Assembly: GCA_965199495.1 (NCBI GenBank)
Contig: CBDASK010000003.1
Location: 2,944,001-3,008,000, forward strand
Direction of reading: 5' to 3'
Length of the DNA stretch: 64,000 nucleotides
Source: Abditibacterium sp.
Lineage (GTDB): Bacteria > Armatimonadota > Abditibacteriia > Abditibacteriales > Abditibacteriaceae
In this document: one piece after another, positions 58,040-64,000 of the stretch
How the letters are laid out: each line of letters opens with the position of its first letter
Position numbering within the stretch: the first letter of the stretch is position 1
Translations under genes and position numbers: made by a program
Notes under the pieces: model-generated
The model's input: the letters and a program-made list of their open reading frames with translations, nothing else
What the model was told of the DNA's origin: nothing
Database searches by the model: none

Positions 58040-59215
58040 TTAATTTTCCGATTGACGCCGCGAAACCCACGCATGAATTAACAAACCTTGAAAGAACTCG
58101 ACAGGCATTTCAAATCCGCCCGCTTCAATTATCACCTCGACTTCGTGCGGCGGCAAAACCACATTGTTGGTCACATAGCCCGCCGTGAATTTCTCTATTT
58201 CGTCGTCGGGAACGCCAGAAAATCTCATCATTCCAATCCAGCTTTCCAACAATTTTTTGTAATTATAAGTTGAAACATCCGACGCCAAATCGGAACTGAC
58301 GAGCAACGCGCCCGGCTTCAGACGCGCCGCGATTTCGCTAAAAAAACTGGCCCGCGCCTCGCGTTGCGAAAAACTATGCGAGACCATCAGCGCCGTGGCT
58401 GCATCGTAAGCCACGCCGCCCGGCAACGTATCGAGCGCGCCTTCATGAAACGTGCAACGACTGGAAAAACCCAACTCTTCGACGCGCGCGCGACAAATAT
58501 CGAGCATCGCTTTCGCTGGCTCAACCGCCGTGAATTTCCAGTTCGGATAAACCTTCGCCAATTCGATGAGTTCGGTTCCGGTTCCCAATCCAACGCATAA
58601 AACGTGCGCATCGGCGGGCAAATCGGCCAGCACGAAACGCATGGAAAAACGCAGCGCATCGAACAAAGGCGCCGACGGATTCATACGCTCATCGTAAGTT
58701 TGGGCGCGTTTACGGTCGAAGACAATTGTGGATTTACTGGCGACAATTTCGTCCAAGCTAACCGCGTTCTGGCAACGCACCAACGCCTGATAACGATTGG
58801 CGCCCGCTTCCAATCCGCCCGCCGTCCGCCACAGTTTGTCGCCATCGTAGTTGGTAGTTTCAATCGCGCGTTGATGATTATATTCGCCAAATAACGTAGT
58901 GAAATCGGGCACGAACTCATAATCGCCGATAACTTCGACGACCAATTCGCGGCCCTTGTCGCCCGACAAAATTATCAGGTCGCCAATTTGAACGTCGTGG
59001 CAAAAGCTCCACAAGCTCTCCGAACCCGACTTGAAATTGGGGCGGATCGGCGGCGGATAATGAGTTGGAAGAGTGGCTTTAATATCAGCTTTGGTTTGAT
59101 ATTGCGTCACATCTCCGACTTTGCCCCAACCGATGGTGATGCGCCGGTTTTTGCGTATCCAAGCCATCGCCGTGGCTCTGTCGGTGTGATGAACGATCAT
59201 TCTCCATATAGTCAT
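58040..59215 (-). CDS. Fusion of restriction-system-type N-terminal domain and class I SAM methyltransferase
   Basis: N-terminal IGWG..GD, F...VQIGD.I, V.GDYEF, HQR; C-terminal VLCVGLGTG.E, VEPA..ML, LKPGA. Confidence 0.75.
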   Translation of the reverse strand: MTIWRMIVHHTDRATAMAWIRKNRRITIGWGKVGDVTQYQTKADIKATLPTHYPPPIRPNFKSGSESLWSFCHDVQIGDLIILSGDKGRELVVEVIGDYEFVPDFTTLFGEYNHQRAIETTNYDGDKLWRTAGGLEAGANRYQALVRCQNAVSLDEIVASKSTIVFDRKRAQTYDERMNPSAPLFDALRFSMRFVLADLPADAHVLCVGLGTGTELIELAKVYPNWKFTAVEPAKAMLDICRARVEELGFSSRCTFHEGALDTLPGGVAYDAATALMVSHSFSQREARASFFSEIAARLKPGALLVSSDLASDVSTYNYKKLLESWIGMMRFSGVPDDEIEKFTAGYVTNNVVLPPHEVEVIIEAGGFEMPVEFFQGLLIHAWVSRRQSEN

Positions 59216-59302
59216 GGGTGCGGAGTTTAACGATTAGCTTAAAATGGGTCTGCTCCGACATCAATGTTGAAGCGTCATACTACTTCGATAATCATCAAAA
59301 CT

Positions 59303-60037
59303 ATGTCCGATTCTCTTGATATTTATGGAGGCAAAGACCCACGCGAAATACCCGCTTATGCGGTGTCGACGGCGGCTTATTTGTTAAATTTGCCGACGAC
59401 GACACTGCAAAAATGGGTTTCGGGACGACCTTCACGCGCGTCATCAGGAAGTGCGCCCAATGTCGAGCCGCTTATCGCTCGTCCCGTTGGTTCGAGTGCG
59501 CTCTCGTTTTTCAATCTGCTTGAATGTCATACGCTTTCTGCATTTCGGCGCCAGAATATTTCGCCTCTCAACAGACGTAAAGCCATCGAAACTTTGCGCG
59601 AGATGTTTCCAGATTCGACTCATCCGCTGTTGGGCCTGGAATTTCAGACCGACGGCACCAGTTTGTTCGTGCAAAAATGGGGCGCTCTGGTTAATCTTTC
59701 CAGAGGAGGGCAATTAGCGATGCGCGAACTTATTGAAGTGCATCTGAAACGAATCAAATTAGACGAAAGCGGATTGCCAGTCAAGTTATTTCCCTTTATC
59801 AGTAATCCTGACGCGCCCATCGAGCAACTACGCCATGAACCGCGCCCCGTGCAAATTGACGCGGGCATTTCGTTTGGCAGACCGGTTTTGAGCGGGACGG
59901 GCATTACAACTCTCTCCATCGCCGAACGCTTCAAAGCGGGCGAAGCGCCCGAAGAAATCGCCGACGATTATGGGCGCGAGCTTTCGGAGATTATGCAAGC
60001 CGTGCGCTATGAATTGCGCTTGCGCGAGGCAGCATAG
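59303..60037 (+). CDS. DUF433 domain antitoxin-like protein (VapB45 type)
   Basis: P.Y.VS.AA..L.LP..TL..W HTH, LSF.NL.E, ID..ISFGRPV..GTGI, RFKAGE...IADDY. Confidence 0.88.
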   Translation: MSDSLDIYGGKDPREIPAYAVSTAAYLLNLPTTTLQKWVSGRPSRASSGSAPNVEPLIARPVGSSALSFFNLLECHTLSAFRRQNISPLNRRKAIETLREMFPDSTHPLLGLEFQTDGTSLFVQKWGALVNLSRGGQLAMRELIEVHLKRIKLDESGLPVKLFPFISNPDAPIEQLRHEPRPVQIDAGISFGRPVLSGTGITTLSIAERFKAGEAPEEIADDYGRELSEIMQAVRYELRLREAA

Positions 60038-60039
60038 AA

Positions 60040-60483
60040 ATGAGCCAAAGCATTTCGGGCGACGAAACGGAAGCTACAATCGTTCTGTTTCTGGATGAAA
60101 ACCTGAGCGGAAAAATCGTCTCTAATGCGCTGTCCGAAGCTGACATCGCGCACGAAACTCACGGCGCTCATTTCAAAGCGGGCGCTCTTGACATAGAATG
60201 GTTACCCGAAGTCGGACAGCGTGGCTGGATTGCAATTACCAAAGACGCGAGAATAAGATATAACCCACTCGAAATAGAATCGCTGCGCAATGCTGGGGTG
60301 GGCGCATTTGTTCTATCGTCAGATAATCTGACCGCGCCCCAAATCGCTGCGGCGTTAGTCGCGGCTTTCCCGAAAATGGAAGAGTTCGTTTTGGTTCATT
60401 CCAAGCCGTTCATCGCCAAATTTTACCGCGACGGGCGCGTTGTCGGATGGAAAAATTTTGAGGAAGAGGAAGACGTTCAATAA
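60040..60483 (+). CDS. PIN-like toxin (DUF5615/VapC45 type)
   Basis: FLDENL, D.EWL..VG.RGW..ITKD.RIRY..E; 2 nt downstream of DUF433 gene. Confidence 0.88.
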   Translation: MSQSISGDETEATIVLFLDENLSGKIVSNALSEADIAHETHGAHFKAGALDIEWLPEVGQRGWIAITKDARIRYNPLEIESLRNAGVGAFVLSSDNLTAPQIAAALVAAFPKMEEFVLVHSKPFIAKFYRDGRVVGWKNFEEEEDVQ

Positions 60484-60492
60484 AACGAAACT

Positions 60493-60570
60493 TCACTCCA
60501 TATACTCTTTGAAATCATCCAACGGTTCATCGAAATCGGGCGCCATTTGGATTAATCCGCGCGTTACCGA
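60493..60570 (-). pseudogene. C-terminal remnant of DUF2281-type antitoxin
   Basis: RGLIQMAPDFDEPLDDFKEYME resembles the DUF2281 C-terminus; upstream sequence not recognisable. Confidence 0.6.
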
Positions 60571-60717
60571 ATGTGCGTTTGCGTTTGGCATGAGGTTTCG
60601 GCACGAGTTACATCGATAATCCGTCGCGCGTGATAAAGACGTTCTACCCGACATTGCGGCTTCGATCAGATCGGGGTAAATCCGTTCTGGCTTCATCGAG
60701 AGTTGGTATTTGCGTAA

Positions 60718-61257
60718 TCATTTTCCGCCTAATTTGAAATCCGCAACATCTGCATCTGAAAGCTCGAACCATTCACCTTTCACTCTTTTTTCTTCAAACC
60801 TTTGGTGCCAAAAACGCTCAATCTCATTTCGTTCACTTGTCCAGATTATATGAATACGTTCAAGAGTATCAGGTAAACCCAATTCGATACTTTTGATTCT
60901 TTCATAGCAATTGCTCGACTGACCAATCTTGTAGCGATTGCCAGACTTCACTAAGTAGACACCCGAATGAATCAAATCAACAGAATCAGGAGGAAGCAAA
61001 TCGTCTATTGTGTTTATGACAGCTGAGTAAAACTCTTGGGTTCGCAAACTTGGATTATCTGCAGACCAACCCACTAATTTATAGGCTCGATTTCTTAAAC
61101 CGAAATACCTGTGTAGGCGATTGTATTCACGGTCATACGTCTGTAATTCGGCCTCGTCCAAGATTGGCGATAGACGAGGTTCGATTTGCATAGCCTGTTG
61201 AAGTAACGCATTACCTTTCATTCTCTCAACAGCGTTCTTTTTAGTCCATTTACGCAT
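60718..61257 (-). CDS. GIY-YIG (T5orf172/MUG113-like) domain protein, low GC
   Basis: GVYLVK..YKIG.S...R..I, IE..WH..F...RVKGEWF.L. Confidence 0.85.
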   Translation of the reverse strand: MRKWTKKNAVERMKGNALLQQAMQIEPRLSPILDEAELQTYDREYNRLHRYFGLRNRAYKLVGWSADNPSLRTQEFYSAVINTIDDLLPPDSVDLIHSGVYLVKSGNRYKIGQSSNCYERIKSIELGLPDTLERIHIIWTSERNEIERFWHQRFEEKRVKGEWFELSDADVADFKLGGK

Positions 61258-61294
61258 AGTAAACCTTTGTCCCTACATCAAAAAGTAAAATAGG

Positions 61295-61328
61295 AAGCGG
61301 CGCCGCTCTTTCGAGCCACGCCGCTTTT
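61295..61328. terminator. Probable terminator downstream of lpdA
   Basis: aagcggcg...ctc-tttc-gag...cgccgctttt imperfect hairpin. Confidence 0.55.
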
Positions 61329-61340
61329 GTTCGGCTCAAC

Positions 61341-62756
61341 TTACTTTTTCACTTTCGGCGCGGGCGCCTTGATATGCGTGGCTTGCCCGAACGTCACTTC
61401 CGCCGCTTCCATCACGGTTTCGCTGAGCGTTGGGTGCGCATGAATCGTCAGTTTGATGTCGTCGGCCAAGGCGCCCATTTCGATGGCGAGCGTGCCTTCG
61501 GCGATGAGTTCGCCCGCGCCGCTTCCGGCGATGCCGACGCCCAAAACGCGATTGGTTTCGGGATCCAGAATCATTTTGGTCAAGCCATCGGTGCGGCCCA
61601 ACGTCACGGCGCGTCCGCTCGCGGGCCAGGGGAACTTGGCGACTTTAATTGGGCGCTCCATTTTGGCGGCTTCGGTTTCGGTGAGTCCGGCCCACGCCAA
61701 TTCTGGATCGGTGAAAATTACGGCGGGAATCGCGTTCGGCTCGAAGACGACATCGTGTCCGGCGATGTGCTCGACGGCGATGCGGCCTTCGTGCGAGGCT
61801 TTGTGCGCCAGCATCGGGTCGCCCGCGATGTCGCCGATGGCGTAAATCGTTGGTTCAACCGTCTGGCGCGCGCCGTTGACCGGCACGAAACCGCGTTTAT
61901 CGAGTTCGATTTTCGTATTTTCCAAACCCAAATCGCGCGTGTTGGGCGTGCGTCCGACCGAAATCAAGACTTTATCGAAAACCGATTCGCCCGGATGTTT
62001 GCCCTCGAACTTGACTTTGATTTTGCCTTTCTCTTCCTTCAATTCGGCGACTTTGGTATCGAGCGCGATGTCTTTGAAGTTCGATTCCAAACGCTTTTGC
62101 AGAATCGCCACCAAATCGCGGTCGGCGCCCGGCAACAAGCCCGACGTGGCTTCGACAACTGTCACTTCGCTGCCCAACGCCGAATAGACGCTGCCCAGTT
62201 CCAAACCGATGTAGCCGCCGCCGATGACGAGCAATTTTTTCGGGATGGTTTTAATCAACAACGCTTCGGTTGAGTCCATTACCAGTTCGGGATTGATGTT
62301 AAACGCCGGAATCACGGCGGGGCGCGAACCGGTGCAGAGAATCGCTTTGTCGAAGGTTAATTTTTCCTCGCCCTTTTCGGTCTGAATCGTCAGCGATTTG
62401 TTGTCGTTGAACTTCGCGCGGCCCTGAATGTAATTGATTTTGCGGGCTTTGGCCAATTGGCCGGTGCCGCCCGTCAATTTCTGGACGACGCCCAACTCAA
62501 AGCCGCGCAGTTTGTCGAGATCAATTTTCGGCTCGCCGAAACTCAATCCGTAATCGGCGGCTTCGCGCGCTTCGTGAATAACTTTGGCGGCGTGCAGCAA
62601 AGTTTTCGACGGAATGCAGCCGCGATACAAACAAACGCCGCCGGGATTGGCTTCGAGGTCAACGAGCGTGGTTTCGATGCCTAAGTCGGCGGCCAAAAAC
62701 GCGGCGGCATAACCGCCGGGGCCAGCGCCGATAACAACTAATTTGGTGTGGGACAT
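61341..62756 (-). CDS. lpdA: Dihydrolipoyl dehydrogenase (E3)
   Basis: GAGPGGY, GGVCLYRGCIPSK, GGGYIGLE, MLAHKA, HAHPTLSE. Confidence 0.97.
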   Translation of the reverse strand: MSHTKLVVIGAGPGGYAAAFLAADLGIETTLVDLEANPGGVCLYRGCIPSKTLLHAAKVIHEAREAADYGLSFGEPKIDLDKLRGFELGVVQKLTGGTGQLAKARKINYIQGRAKFNDNKSLTIQTEKGEEKLTFDKAILCTGSRPAVIPAFNINPELVMDSTEALLIKTIPKKLLVIGGGYIGLELGSVYSALGSEVTVVEATSGLLPGADRDLVAILQKRLESNFKDIALDTKVAELKEEKGKIKVKFEGKHPGESVFDKVLISVGRTPNTRDLGLENTKIELDKRGFVPVNGARQTVEPTIYAIGDIAGDPMLAHKASHEGRIAVEHIAGHDVVFEPNAIPAVIFTDPELAWAGLTETEAAKMERPIKVAKFPWPASGRAVTLGRTDGLTKMILDPETNRVLGVGIAGSGAGELIAEGTLAIEMGALADDIKLTIHAHPTLSETVMEAAEVTFGQATHIKAPAPKVKK

Positions 62757-62773
62757 AGTTTTGGTAGAACTCC

Positions 62774-62868
62774 GTAGAGACACCGACTTGTCGTGTCTAA
62801 AATTTAACGCTCACCTCAATGTCGAAGTAACTCAGGCGTTTTTAGACACGACAAGTCGGTGTCTCTAC
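62774..62868. repeat. GTAG-type REP doublet, family A subtype 2
   Basis: gtagagacaccgacttgtcgtgtctaaaa ... ttttagacacgacaagtcggtgtctctac. Confidence 0.93.
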
Positions 62869-62880
62869 GGGGGTGTGAGG

Positions 62881-64000
62881 CTAACCTTCCAGCACAATTA
62901 AGTTCGGGTCTTCGATCAGGCTCGCCAGAAAACGCGTGAAGCGCGCACCGTTGGCGCCATCAATCACGCGATGATCGTAGCTCAAGCAGAGCGGCATCAT
63001 CATGCGCGGCTCGAAAGTGCCGGATTCTTTGTTCCAAATCGGCTCCATCGAACCGCGCGCGATGCCCAAAATCGCGACTTCGGGCGTGTTGACAATCGGC
63101 GTGAATGCCGTGCCGCCGATGCCGCCCAAATTGGAAAGCGTAAACGTGCCGCCCGACATCTGTTCGGGTTTGAGCTTGCCATCGCGCGCTGTCGCCGCGA
63201 TTTCGTTCAATTCGACGGCCAGTTCGATGATGCCTTTGCTCTCGCAATTTTTAATCACCGGCACGACCAAACCGCGCGGCGTATCAACAGCCACGCCGAC
63301 GTTGTAGAACTTTTTGCGCACGACTTCGTTGGTCGCAAAATCAATCGAAGCATTGAAATCGGGGAATTTTTTCAACGCCGCGACGGTGATTTTGAGCAAA
63401 ATCGCGGTCGGCGTTAATTTCGTTCCGGCTTTCTCGGCCAGAGCGCCGTATTGTTTGCGGAACGCATCGAAAGCGGTCGAATCGGCTTTATCGAATTGGG
63501 TGACGTGCGGAATCGTCCACGCGCGCGACATCTGCGTCGAAGTCGCCTTGCGAATGCCCGACATCGGCACGCGCTCGGTTTCGCCCAGTTTGGAGAAATC
63601 GGGCAACGCGGGCATTTCGATGCCGCCGGTTTGCGCCGCAACTTTGGGCGCTTCGGGCGTCGCGGTTTTGCCGAAGTTTTTCACGTCGTCTTCGGTGATG
63701 CGTCCACCCAAACCGGTGCCTTTGACTTCGTGAATATCTACGCCCATTTCGCGCGCCATGCGGCGCGTCGAAGGCGCGGCGGGCGCCGGGTCTTTCACGA
63801 CTTCTGGCGTATTGACGACGGGCGCGGGCGCTTGCGTACCGACGGGCGCGGCGGTGTCCACCATGCCATCGTTTTTGACGGGCGTTGCGGCGGGAATTTG
63901 TCCAGTCGCCGGAGCGCCGACTTTGCTTTGGCTGGCGGCGGTCTGCTCGGCGTCTTTCGATGCAGCCGCAGTCGCCGTGGCTGCTGTTGCGGGCGCGCTG
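62881..64000 (-). CDS. aceF: Dihydrolipoamide acetyltransferase (E2), 5' end outside window
   Basis: Ala/Pro linker, E3-binding AAPSTRRMARE.GVD...GTG..GRI, PHVTQFD.AD, SYDHRVIDGA. Confidence 0.9.
   Translation of the reverse strand, partial: SAPATAATATAAASKDAEQTAASQSKVGAPATGQIPAATPVKNDGMVDTAAPVGTQAPAPVVNTPEVVKDPAPAAPSTRRMAREMGVDIHEVKGTGLGGRITEDDVKNFGKTATPEAPKVAAQTGGIEMPALPDFSKLGETERVPMSGIRKATSTQMSRAWTIPHVTQFDKADSTAFDAFRKQYGALAEKAGTKLTPTAILLKITVAALKKFPDFNASIDFATNEVVRKKFYNVGVAVDTPRGLVVPVIKNCESKGIIELAVELNEIAATARDGKLKPEQMSGGTFTLSNLGGIGGTAFTPIVNTPEVAILGIARGSMEPIWNKESGTFEPRMMMPLCLSYDHRVIDGANGARFTRFLASLIEDPNLIVLEG

Noticed and set aside
1..64000. CRISPR array
   Set aside because: Repeats are dispersed inverted doublets, not tandem direct repeats with spacers; no cas genes
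1..64000. Abundant GCGCGC/CGCGCG runs
   Set aside because: Plausibly explained by GCG/CGC Ala-Arg codon preference; cannot be separated from codon bias by eye
1..64000. tRNA, rRNA or known structured ncRNA genes
   Set aside because: No cloverleaf or rRNA signature recognised; intergenic space is accounted for by repeats, terminators and promoters

Overview
Gene-dense, GC-rich bacterial chromosome segment (roughly 55-60% GC by eye). The tandem DUF1559/H-X9-DG prepilin-like genes and gene style suggest Armatimonadota/Abditibacteriota; this is inference only. It holds about 55 CDS: housekeeping genes (recO, trpA, rpmB, nnr, prmC, cyclophilin, thiL, modAB, pepD, lpdA and a partial E2), glycoside hydrolases, a P450, a NucA/NuiA-like pair, an M16 pair, wzm/wzt and a small TA/defence-like islet at 58-61 kb. 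I found no rRNA, tRNA, CRISPR array, transposase or integrase. Three things are not explained by the gene list. (1) The 9-mer CGTGGCTGC/GCAGCCACG occurs at least 32 times, inside genes, on both strands and in several reading frames, like a DNA-uptake or HIP1-type signal. (2) About 21 intergenic inverted-repeat (REPIN/MITE-like) elements of about 8 families are present, and the two arms of each copy change in concert. (3) Five prepilin-like paralogues form a tandem, mosaic array. Two genes have reading-frame or start-codon anomalies. All product calls come from motif recognition by eye; no database searches were run.
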